Below, one piece after another: positions 21,705 through 31,500 of a stretch of DNA of 54,767 bases (positions are counted from its first letter, which is position 1; each line of letters opens with the position of its first letter). The notes under the pieces are model-generated. The model searched no databases. It was not told the origin of the DNA and was given only the letters and a program-made list of their open reading frames with translations. The position numbers and the translations under genes are program-made. This DNA is from a virus (lineage: Duplodnaviria > Caudoviricetes), in the IMG/VR virus record IMGVR_UViG_3300025098_000057, positions 1 to 54,767 of that record; one strand, written 5' to 3'.

Positions 21705-24260
21705 TTATAATATTTCTATATCAGCTCCTGCTGCAATTAGTTTTGCAATCACACTAGATGATGCATTTAATGATTCTCCTCCAGATTTAAAATTACCCAT
21801 TAAAGCTTGTGTTCCTGTAGGAGTACTACCTCTTAAAAGATCTGCTCTTAAACCCGTGTTAACATCAGTACCTTGGTCTTCTTCTCTATATGAAACTCCT
21901 TTTCTTTCGGAACTACCTAATGTTTTAAGATCTTCCCTAGCTTGAATAAGTTTAGCATTTTCAGCAAATTGATTAAATATATTAGCACCTTCAACACCAA
22001 TTGTTCCTATGGTACTAGCAACATCACCAAATCTGCCATCTATCATTCTATCTAAGAACTTATTACCCTTAGCATTTATTCTTTCCCCAAGTGTTCCTTT
22101 CTCCTCTCTTCTAAGTGCTCTTTTTTGTTTTCTTGTTAAACCACTCTCATCAACAGTTTCATCAACAGTTTCATCCATAGTTTCATCAACCATCTCATCA
22201 TCTAAACCAGGATAAACTGTCATAGGTCCCATAGGCATACCAGGATCAAAGTTTTCAGCTTCAGGTAATAATGCAGCTAGTTCATCTTCATTAGCTAAAC
22301 CTTCTAGACCATCGTAGTAGTCTTGCATTTTATCCATAGCTCCTGTAGCAAATGCATTTCTAAAAGAGAATGTATCTGCTTGATCTTGTCTAGGTAAACC
22401 TTGAGCTGAAGCAGCTCTTTGGTTTGCAGATACTTGATTTTGAATATCCAAGGTATCAGCCCAATCCATTGTGCCAGCTTCACTAAATTGACTTTGAAGT
22501 TTATTAGTATCAGGATAGCTTTGCATAAATTGTTGTAGTGCGTTGGTAACCTCATCTCCAAACTGATATATGTCTAAAGACTCACCTCCAGTTTTTTGCT
22601 TAGTCCAATCTACATTTATACCTAAATCAGAAGCCCTACCTTTCAACATATCTATATAGTTCTGATACTCAGGTGTTCCTACTTCAGCATCAGTATCATA
22701 ACTTGGTGTAAAAGTAAATTTACTTGGATCTCTATCTTCCTTAGAAAGCCAGCTTTCAACCTGATTTGTTAATCTTTTCCTATTTACATTTCCTGAGTCT
22801 GCTGGTATTCCTACATCAAAACCTTTAAGAGGAAAATCTTCAATATTATCAGTCATTGTACCTTGATCATACATATATGTATATTTAAGATCTGGTGTAT
22901 TAGCTGCTTTTTTACTAGCCTTTAATTGTTTATTATAGTCTTTATTTTCTCTTCTTGCTTCCCAATCTATAATTGGTTGATATTTACCTGGAGATACACC
23001 TAACATCATTTCTTGTTGTGGTGTAAGCGTGCCTTTTTCTTGCTTCACTCTAGCAATTGAAACACCCGTTTTTGGAAAATCAACCGGACCATTAAACTCA
23101 CCTTGATCTTGATACTCATCTAGCCCTAACGTATTTTGATTTCTAGGATCTGCCATTGCTGCAATAAAAGGATTTAAACCACCAGATATTTCATCATCAT
23201 TAACATCTGGTCTAAGCTCATTATATAAATTTACAGCTTGAATAAAATCCACAGGTGATTTAGAATCTCTACTATCTATAAAGACGTCATCTACATCTGA
23301 TGATTGATTTTGATTACGTAAAGTATTTAAACCCATCATTGTATCATATAGATAAGGATTATCTCCCATATCCATATATGAGGATTCCACTCCTTCAGGA
23401 CTAATACCATAACTTGTACCTTCAGGTATATCACCTGACTGTAAACCTTTTCTATAATCAAGCAATGCCTGAGCAGAAGGTTTATTTTTAGAAAATCTTT
23501 TAACAAAATCTTCAAGTGTTATGTCGGACTGAGCTGCATTTTCTAAATATGCATCTCTTACTTTTTTATTTTTACTTAAATATCTTTCCGGATCTCTTGA
23601 TAAAAGATTTATATCATATTCACCTGTTGCAGCATCAAAATCAATAGTAGAGTATTTAGCAAGATCTTTTGCTAATTGCTTTTCATTTCTTCTATCTTTC
23701 CCAAATCTATCTTTATTGATATTTTTTTTAGCTTTTCTATCTCTAAAAACACCATCCATTAAACCATCACCATCTCTATCTTTACCACCAAATAAACTAC
23801 CAACAGCTGTAGATACAAATGGTAAAAGACTAACGGGGCTATTTCTTGAAAATAAATTCATAGGTAAAAACCGACTGTAAGGATCTGCATAATAATCACT
23901 TCCTTCTACACCTCTCATAAACTGATCGGCAGTTCTATAAGATGATGATCCACCAAATTGTTGTTGAGGTAAATCATCAACACTACCCTGTACTTTTTCA
24001 ACTTGTTGAGAGGCTTGCTGCTGTTGCTGTTGTAAAGATGAAAATGCAGTTGTTATATCATCTCCTGTATAACCAACATTCATTAAAAGACCTGTAATTG
24101 TATCAGTCTCATAGCCTTCATTAGCTAAAGTAACTATTACATCTTCTACACTAGAACCCATATTAAGCATAGTCTGAACATCAGATACTAGTCCGGCATC
24201 CATAGAAGATTGATCCATTCCGTTTTGTAAACTTTTTTTATTTAAACCTTTTCTTGCCAT
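21705..24260 (-). CDS. Putative virion cargo protein (851 aa), acidic and largely low-complexity
   Basis: Long ORF with a DRDGDG motif, a TVDE tandem repeat and several xGG motifs, located in the cargo cluster. Confidence 0.6.
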   Translation of the reverse strand: MARKGLNKKSLQNGMDQSSMDAGLVSDVQTMLNMGSSVEDVIVTLANEGYETDTITGLLMNVGYTGDDITTAFSSLQQQQQQASQQVEKVQGSVDDLPQQQFGGSSSYRTADQFMRGVEGSDYYADPYSRFLPMNLFSRNSPVSLLPFVSTAVGSLFGGKDRDGDGLMDGVFRDRKAKKNINKDRFGKDRRNEKQLAKDLAKYSTIDFDAATGEYDINLLSRDPERYLSKNKKVRDAYLENAAQSDITLEDFVKRFSKNKPSAQALLDYRKGLQSGDIPEGTSYGISPEGVESSYMDMGDNPYLYDTMMGLNTLRNQNQSSDVDDVFIDSRDSKSPVDFIQAVNLYNELRPDVNDDEISGGLNPFIAAMADPRNQNTLGLDEYQDQGEFNGPVDFPKTGVSIARVKQEKGTLTPQQEMMLGVSPGKYQPIIDWEARRENKDYNKQLKASKKAANTPDLKYTYMYDQGTMTDNIEDFPLKGFDVGIPADSGNVNRKRLTNQVESWLSKEDRDPSKFTFTPSYDTDAEVGTPEYQNYIDMLKGRASDLGINVDWTKQKTGGESLDIYQFGDEVTNALQQFMQSYPDTNKLQSQFSEAGTMDWADTLDIQNQVSANQRAASAQGLPRQDQADTFSFRNAFATGAMDKMQDYYDGLEGLANEDELAALLPEAENFDPGMPMGPMTVYPGLDDEMVDETMDETVDETVDESGLTRKQKRALRREEKGTLGERINAKGNKFLDRMIDGRFGDVASTIGTIGVEGANIFNQFAENAKLIQAREDLKTLGSSERKGVSYREEDQGTDVNTGLRADLLRGSTPTGTQALMGNFKSGGESLNASSSVIAKLIAAGADIEIL
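22147..22200 (-). repeat. 12-bp imperfect tandem repeat (about 4.5 copies) encoding DEMVDETMDETVDETVDE
   Basis: Plus-strand units tcatcaacagtt / tcatcaacagtt / tcatccatagtt / tcatcaaccatc / tcatca. Confidence 0.85.
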
Positions 24261-24270
24261 ATTACAATAT

Positions 24271-24301
24271 TAATATACAAAATATTAGGGAGATAACCCA
24301 A
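24271..24301 (-). promoter_or_regulatory. Candidate promoter (TTG-N21-TATATTAA) upstream of the 851-aa gene
   Basis: Minus-strand TTGTATATTA at 24271-24280, 10 nt upstream of the ATG, with TTG at 24299-24301. The motif recurs in other intergenic gaps. Confidence 0.55.
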
Positions 24302-24312
24302 TAAACTTAAAC

Positions 24313-27300
24313 CTATGACTTTATAACATTAGTCATTATGTAGTTAGGTATACTCATACCTGACTCCTTAGCTTCTTTATAATGAACTCTATTTAGTTTA
24401 TCATATATACCCTCCGCTCTTATGTAATCTTTACTACCATCATAAACACCATTGATAAAATCTGAATAAACTTTATAAAGATCTGTTTCACCACCATCTT
24501 CATTATAGTATTTATCTACAAGAAACTTAACAGCTTCATTATTTTTAAGGACATTATCTCTTAAATCAGTAATCCTTTTCCCATACAAAAGTTTTTCTTT
24601 CATATTGATACCCTCTTCTGTTAATGGTACTCCATAGATATAATCCATTGGGTAACCATGATAATCTTCTTCTGTATCAGGATAAACCATACCTAAACCA
24701 TTATAAGCTTGAATTTTATATAACTCTGAAAGATTGTCGTAATCAATATCTTCATCATTACGCAAATCATCTTGTTTATTTTTAAAAAGGTATATATAAT
24801 CTTCAGGCATTGCCTCTGGTGAAGGATCTTTAACATGACCTAAATTATTATCTTTTTTTCCCAACAAAGTTTCTTGTAATGCTATTGCAAGCATTGTATA
24901 AGGATCTTGTTCAGCATTTTTAGAAGTTCTTATTATATCTTCTGCAACATCTCTGCTATATCTTCCTCCAAATAAGTCTCTAGTTGGAACTATAGGTTGA
25001 CCTGAAGCTGCATTAATTTTTCTATTATCCCCTAAATAAAATGTGTCGCCATAATAACCTATAGATGTTTTATCAGGATCTTCATTTTTAACTTCCGGTT
25101 TAAAAAGTCTAGCTTCAGCTTCTTCATTAAGTCTAGCTTGTTCAGCTTCTAATGCGGCTTGCTCTTGTGTTTTACCTTCAATCATATTACCAATCCGTGA
25201 TTTTATATTTAAAGGATCTACTAGATTTGTTTCTATACCAGGTTGAGCTTTTGGCATTAGCTTATTTAACTTTGAATCATATGTATATTTACCAGAAGAA
25301 ACTTTTTTAGTAAGCCATTTACCATATCTTGAATTTGGATTTATATTACCTAAGTTTAATTCTTCTCCTCCATCTTGTAACCATCTAGGATGTCTTGCCC
25401 ATTCATTAACCTCTATAGGCTTAGGTTCTTTTTTAGGTTTAGGTTCTTTTTCAGGCTTAGGTTTTCTTTCTCTTACTGATATCTCTTCATCTAATTCATC
25501 AGGTGTTCTACCTCTTCTTCTATTAAACTTAATATCATCTAAGGGAACTCTTACACCTAATTTAACATTAAATTTATGTTGAGGCTTGAATGTATTTTCT
25601 ATTTCAGATGCAATGACAGTACCTGTACCATCATTAATACCCGTCTCTTGATTTACACCACTCTCATATGAATAAGTATTTCCAGTTTCTTGAGAAATGG
25701 AACCTGTATTACGACCAAGTAAATCTGCATTATAAGCAGCCTCACCAAAAACAGTTCCCGGAAACCATTTTGCTTTTGGTTTCCACTCACCTCTTGCAGA
25801 AGCACCATATCCCCAGTCCATCTCAAAATTATGTTTAGCGGGTTCAAAATCCATATTTTCCGAAGCTATAGAAGTACCTGCAGTAGTATTTGACAAAACA
25901 TTACTTCCATCATAACTTTGATTTGTTATACTTTGAGGATCCCATCCAGCACCAATTCTAAGATTAAAAGGTTGAACATCAAATCTTGCCCGCCCTCTTT
26001 TTAGTTCTCTATTAGGTTTACTACCAAAATGAAAATTTGGACCTGCTGAAAGATTTAGTCCAGTATAACCTTTATCATAAAACAAATCACCATCAATTCT
26101 TGCATCAAACCTTGCACCTCTACTAGTTTTGTTCAAATAAGGAGAAAAATATCTAGCATTTAAACCTCCTGTAAAACCTTCTTTATCTCCTCCAGCTTCT
26201 ATAGCTGTATCTAAAAATCCTTTTTTAGGACTTCCCATAACTGTATTAAATGTAAATTTAGGCGTCCAACTTTTAGCTGTTGGATTTAATTTACTATATG
26301 GTTGAAAACCTATGGAGGTATTATCAAAGTTTCTTAAAAATCTTCTTAAACCATCACCTGGTCCATAAGCACCACCGGGAGCATAACTATCAAGTTCTGC
26401 TTTTGGTAGTTGTTCTCCACCATCTCGGTTTTCTGGCATGGCAACACCTAATGCGCCTAGTTCATTAAGAGCATTAGCCGCATACCATTCAGGACTATGT
26501 TGTAATCTTTGAGCAAATCGTTTTTGTTTATTGCTTCCAGTGTTAGACCCTGAATTAAAACCTTCTAGATTAAGATCATTATATATTATTCTAACTAACT
26601 CATCTGTATCGCCCATCTTATCTTCACCTTTATGAGCTGCTTGATAAGCTACTCTATCTAAAAAGTCTTGAGATGGCTTATAGCTTTTATTACCTGTAAA
26701 GTATGATTCTCTTGGAAACTTTTTAGCAAGCTTTTGTTCCTTAAAACTTTCTTTTACAAAAGGTTTTAACTCATTACGTATCTGATCGTATCTAGGATCA
26801 TCTTTAGTTAATTCAACAGTACTCCTTCTTTCCTTATAACCAAATCTATCAGGCCGTTTTGACATATCGGGATATATAGGAAAAACTAAATCTAAAGGTC
26901 TATCTATAGAATTTTTAAAAGTGTCTGACTTTACAGATCTTCTTCCTTCTCCTAGTAAACTTTTAAATTCACCTTTATCTTGAAACCTTGGAACAAATCC
27001 TTCTGGATAAAGTTGTTCCTTTTCTATAGGCTTATTATAGAATCCAGCTTTTATTTTTTTGGGTGTTCTATAGTATTGAGAATTTCTACTTGGCTTATCA
27101 TTAAAAAATTCTGGAAGTTTATACTTAAAAAATGTTTTTAACTTAGCATTTTTTTGAGCTTTGTCTTCTGACCATATACCAAACTTTCTTTCATAATCTA
27201 TACCCTCTACCTCATCTCTTTCTTCAAGTTCTTCTGGTAGAGATGCATCTACAGTAAGTTCAGGTTTAATAATAGGCATAGGATCTACATAGTCTGCAAA

Positions 27301-28536
27301 GGCGGGTCTCTCTAAAACTTCTGGTGGATTATATTCTTCTTTAAAATATCTTCCAATAGGTTTGACCCACTTACCATCTTCATTTGGATCAGGTTTTGTT
27401 CGCCAGTTTCCTTTATCATCTAGTCCCCAGGCAAATTTATTTTGAGTCATCCAATACAAATCATTCCATGAAATATCTTCTGGCTCAATTCCTAAAGTAT
27501 TAACTAAATACTCAGCTTGTTTTTTATGACCATCCTCAAATGCATATTTACCTCTTACTTCTTGCATTAAACCATTTGCATCTTTTTCTACAGCCTTTTG
27601 ATATTTTTTATAAGCTTCCTCATGCTCTTTTTTTCTTTTATTATAATCCTCGTCATAAGCTTCTTTAGCCGCTAGTGAATCTTTGTAAGCTTGCATAGAA
27701 TCTTCATATTCAGGTTCTGGTGGAGGAAGTAATCTATTACTTGGAAGATCATTAGGATCTGGATTCTCACCATACTCTTTATAATACTCAGCAGCATACT
27801 CAAAATCTTCAAATGTAGGATATTTATCTTTGTCTACAGTTTCATAAGCTTCTTTCATTGTAGGCTTAGTAGGATAAGTTGGTTTGACATACATAGGCTC
27901 CAGTGGAAAACTATCAGTAGTAGTAAATGTAAAAGGTTTAACATTAAACTTTTCTGTCATATCAAATGTTTTATCCAAAACTTCATCAATACCACGCCAA
28001 TGATCCATATATTCATCAATAGTTAACCCACCTACCCAATCAGCTGGCACCGAATGGCCTTGATTATAAACCCACTTTCCATAATTAGTTTTTGATTTAG
28101 GATCGTAATTTTTTAATTGCCTAGCTAACTGTTTATCATAACGCTCCCCAGAAAAACCTATATAATTATCTTTTGCCCAATTATATGCAGCTAAACTATC
28201 TTTATATGCTGCCAGCTTTTGAGCATACGTTAAAGGTGGATCATGTGGTCCACCGTGTTCAAACATTGGAATCTCAAATACTTGATCTCCTTGGAATTTA
28301 TACTCTCCTCCAGGATACATTATTTGTTTATTACCAAGGTTATCTATACCCATTATTGGAAACTCTACATCCTTCATAGATATATTTGGAGAATTTATAA
28401 TATTAAATAGATTGTCTACATCAGGGCTATCTTTTCTATAACCTTCTGTTGAAAATACACCTGTTACATATGTAAACATTTCATTAGGGCCACCTGGTAA
28501 CCCTCTTCTCTCCATATTTGTAAACTTCTTTTTCAT
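24313..28536 (-). CDS. Multi-module putative cargo protein (1407 aa) with a C-terminal lysozyme-like/lytic-transglycosylase-like domain
   Basis: DPYTMLAIALQET...IQAYNG matches the catalytic-Glu and AYN motif pattern of SLT-type enzymes. There is also an internal amphipathic beta-strand-rich region. The start overlaps the muzzle stop (TAATG). Confidence 0.65.
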   Translation of the reverse strand: MKKKFTNMERRGLPGGPNEMFTYVTGVFSTEGYRKDSPDVDNLFNIINSPNISMKDVEFPIMGIDNLGNKQIMYPGGEYKFQGDQVFEIPMFEHGGPHDPPLTYAQKLAAYKDSLAAYNWAKDNYIGFSGERYDKQLARQLKNYDPKSKTNYGKWVYNQGHSVPADWVGGLTIDEYMDHWRGIDEVLDKTFDMTEKFNVKPFTFTTTDSFPLEPMYVKPTYPTKPTMKEAYETVDKDKYPTFEDFEYAAEYYKEYGENPDPNDLPSNRLLPPPEPEYEDSMQAYKDSLAAKEAYDEDYNKRKKEHEEAYKKYQKAVEKDANGLMQEVRGKYAFEDGHKKQAEYLVNTLGIEPEDISWNDLYWMTQNKFAWGLDDKGNWRTKPDPNEDGKWVKPIGRYFKEEYNPPEVLERPAFADYVDPMPIIKPELTVDASLPEELEERDEVEGIDYERKFGIWSEDKAQKNAKLKTFFKYKLPEFFNDKPSRNSQYYRTPKKIKAGFYNKPIEKEQLYPEGFVPRFQDKGEFKSLLGEGRRSVKSDTFKNSIDRPLDLVFPIYPDMSKRPDRFGYKERRSTVELTKDDPRYDQIRNELKPFVKESFKEQKLAKKFPRESYFTGNKSYKPSQDFLDRVAYQAAHKGEDKMGDTDELVRIIYNDLNLEGFNSGSNTGSNKQKRFAQRLQHSPEWYAANALNELGALGVAMPENRDGGEQLPKAELDSYAPGGAYGPGDGLRRFLRNFDNTSIGFQPYSKLNPTAKSWTPKFTFNTVMGSPKKGFLDTAIEAGGDKEGFTGGLNARYFSPYLNKTSRGARFDARIDGDLFYDKGYTGLNLSAGPNFHFGSKPNRELKRGRARFDVQPFNLRIGAGWDPQSITNQSYDGSNVLSNTTAGTSIASENMDFEPAKHNFEMDWGYGASARGEWKPKAKWFPGTVFGEAAYNADLLGRNTGSISQETGNTYSYESGVNQETGINDGTGTVIASEIENTFKPQHKFNVKLGVRVPLDDIKFNRRRGRTPDELDEEISVRERKPKPEKEPKPKKEPKPIEVNEWARHPRWLQDGGEELNLGNINPNSRYGKWLTKKVSSGKYTYDSKLNKLMPKAQPGIETNLVDPLNIKSRIGNMIEGKTQEQAALEAEQARLNEEAEARLFKPEVKNEDPDKTSIGYYGDTFYLGDNRKINAASGQPIVPTRDLFGGRYSRDVAEDIIRTSKNAEQDPYTMLAIALQETLLGKKDNNLGHVKDPSPEAMPEDYIYLFKNKQDDLRNDEDIDYDNLSELYKIQAYNGLGMVYPDTEEDYHGYPMDYIYGVPLTEEGINMKEKLLYGKRITDLRDNVLKNNEAVKFLVDKYYNEDGGETDLYKVYSDFINGVYDGSKDYIRAEGIYDKLNRVHYKEAKESGMSIPNYIMTNVIKS

Positions 28537-31500
28537 TATCTATATGATAGGTTTAATTTGGCATTATTAAGTTTTAATAACATCTTTCTGTTATTTGATT
28601 GTCTTCTTCTTAGAATAAGTTTATTATAATAATGTCTAAACTTTTTTCTTTGAGTTTCTGACTTTTGATAATCAATATTAATAGCATTAAGATCTCTTAT
28701 GTAACCATTCAGCTCTGTTATAAATATCTGTTGTTCAGAGTTTGTAAATTCACCTCTATCATTTGTTGCATCAAAAAATTGATTGAATCTATACTTCTGC
28801 TCTTCTTTAGAATAGAGTATTTGAATATCATTTGCATTTATAATTGGATATGTTAATGCATTAATAGGATCTTCTTTAGGATCTAAATCTAATCTTAACA
28901 AACCAGAAACTTGTTCTGTATTATAAATAATCGCCTCATCAAAATTAAAATCTAAATCATGCCATCTATCATCACCACAACCATTAAATAAATCACCTTT
29001 ATATACATAGCTTTCTAACTGGTATTCTACACTTCTCAATGTATTTACCATTTGACCTGTAGCTTCAGTGAATTCAATTTCCCAAGGATAATCAACCCCA
29101 TAGTAATTTGAATATAGATCGCATCTATAATTGTGTCTCCAAATACCACCTGTTATATAATTTGGTGCTTCGCTTATTTGAGCTATATAGTTACATCTTA
29201 ATGGATTAAAATTAACATAGTTAGGATCACCATTTGGCCCTGCTAAATACACATCATCACATTCGCCTGACTGAACAACAGTTGCACCAGGTAATCCTGA
29301 AGGTGGGCAATTACAAACTATCTTTCTGCATATAGGGGGATTATCTTCTTTGCATGCTCCTTCTGGTAATGTATAACCATTATCATTATTTGGATAAACC
29401 AATGTGTATCCCGGAGGACAGTTACATTCACCTTCTACTATTGTACTTGGTAATTCCAAAGGTGTAACAACTGCTAATTGAGTTTCTCTTTGTGTAGATT
29501 CACAACGACCAGTTGTAGGATTATATACAGAACCAGGTGGACAGTAAGGCTCTTCTGATTCAGTTGTTTTAGTTGTTAAAAAATGATTTACACTTGGTAA
29601 TAACAATTCAGGATGCCAATCATGAAATGATATCCAAGCTTTAGCTTTTGGATCATAACTTACAGTCCAAGAACAGTCCTCAAAGTATCTAGGATCTCCT
29701 ATTGTTAATTTAATACCACCTAGAAGCTTAGATTCAACTTCGTTTCCTCCAACTTGACCTAATGTATAAAATCCATCTTCAGGTCTAAACTCAACATTAT
29801 CTACAAACTCTTCTCTTAACTGAAAATCTTTTTTGCAGAAGTATACAACATCATCGCTAATATCATATATAACCTGACAACCTACACCTATAACAGGGTT
29901 ATCTCCAAGCTCATCTGATTCTAATTCTGGAAATTGTCTAATCAATCTTGATGGTAAATATTTATTAAACCACCATTTCATTCCTTGATTAGATATAGGT
30001 AAAATGCTTTGACCACTTTGCTGGAATATCTTACCCTGTGCTTGTGATATAAAAAAGAATCCATAAGGTGTATTAATTACACCTCTTTGACTTTCACAAG
30101 ATCCATACTCATTTGATAAATCTGAATTTACTAAGTTTTGAAATGGCTGACTAAATAAACCACCATCACCTATTGTAATTTTTGTACCAGCATCAGTCGT
30201 TGTTAATGAATCAACACCTTGAAACATTTGAGGAGACTGGTATGGGAAAAATATAATAGCACCACTCTTATTTATTGGCTTAATTATATTTACTTCATTT
30301 TTAAAATCCCTATAGTTGTTTGTTAGATATACTCTCCAAAAATCTCTCTTAGACTCTAACTGAGCTTGTAGTGAATATATTAAACGCTTGGGATAATATG
30401 AATAACATTTCTCTGCTACTATAGGATCATAGTCTGTAGGTTGTATAGATCCATTTGTTGTAAGATTTGTTAAAAATCTACTTGTACTTAATGAGAAGTC
30501 ATACTTGTAGAAGTTATCCTTTTTAATTATTTCAGAATTAAATAGATCATCTACATTTGTATATCGTTCTTCATCATAATATCTTTTAGCTGGATCATCA
30601 TCCCAATCTCTATAAGCTAAATTAATTTCAGATTCAACAGGAAAGTTTAATATACCGTTTACGTGTGTATACATAAAACCATACCTCATAGCAAATAGAC
30701 TATTACCAGCTTTACTACCCAAAAGGGAAGAAAATCCAGCAGCACATGTATTTGAACCTCTATCTAAATAAAATAAATCATTTGGAAGAGGTGTTTCTTC
30801 GCTATCACCAAGTCCAAATGACGTAAGCATACTTACTAAATTACTAATATCATATTGCCTTGTGTCCATCCAAAATCTAGGATAAGGAATGTTCACTCTT
30901 TGTAGGTAGTTGTATGGGTATTGATCAGGTTGTCCAAGTAAGAAGTCATTAAATATTGGCATAATAACTTTCTCACTATATTTACCAATGAATGTATCTC
31001 CTGAAAATATTGGAGTAGTTTGATAAAGAACTTCACCTGGTGCTAATGGATCAACATCATAAACGCAACCATTCATTGGCGTTTGTTTAATGTTTCTTAG
31101 TTGCCCATATTGATTTTCAAAGTTAAATTTTAAAGCTCCATAGTTCATGGAAATATCTCTAACCTGTAAGTTTTCAGGAGATTGAATATACGAATTTCCA
31201 AAATCAAACTCAGAATCTCCACCAACAGTAAATCTTGATCTATCTATAACACCGCTAATATTAGTTGGTAATGGTAATTCATTTCCAGTTCTTACAACAA
31301 TAGTATCAGGTCTATATAAGTTGTTTATTTTAAAATTACTAACACCTTGTTCTCCGCTTGAAAACCCCTTTATTGCACTTCCAACATAATCTTGATTTAA
31401 GACTTTACTTCTAAAAATATCACCACCATTACCTAAATGAAATGTGTCTAGTTCTCCAACAGAATTATATTTCCAAGCAAAATCTTGAAAGCTTATAGTG

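Noticed and set aside
25420-25470. KPKPEKEPKPKKEPKP repeat
   Set aside because: It is an ordinary low-complexity linker.
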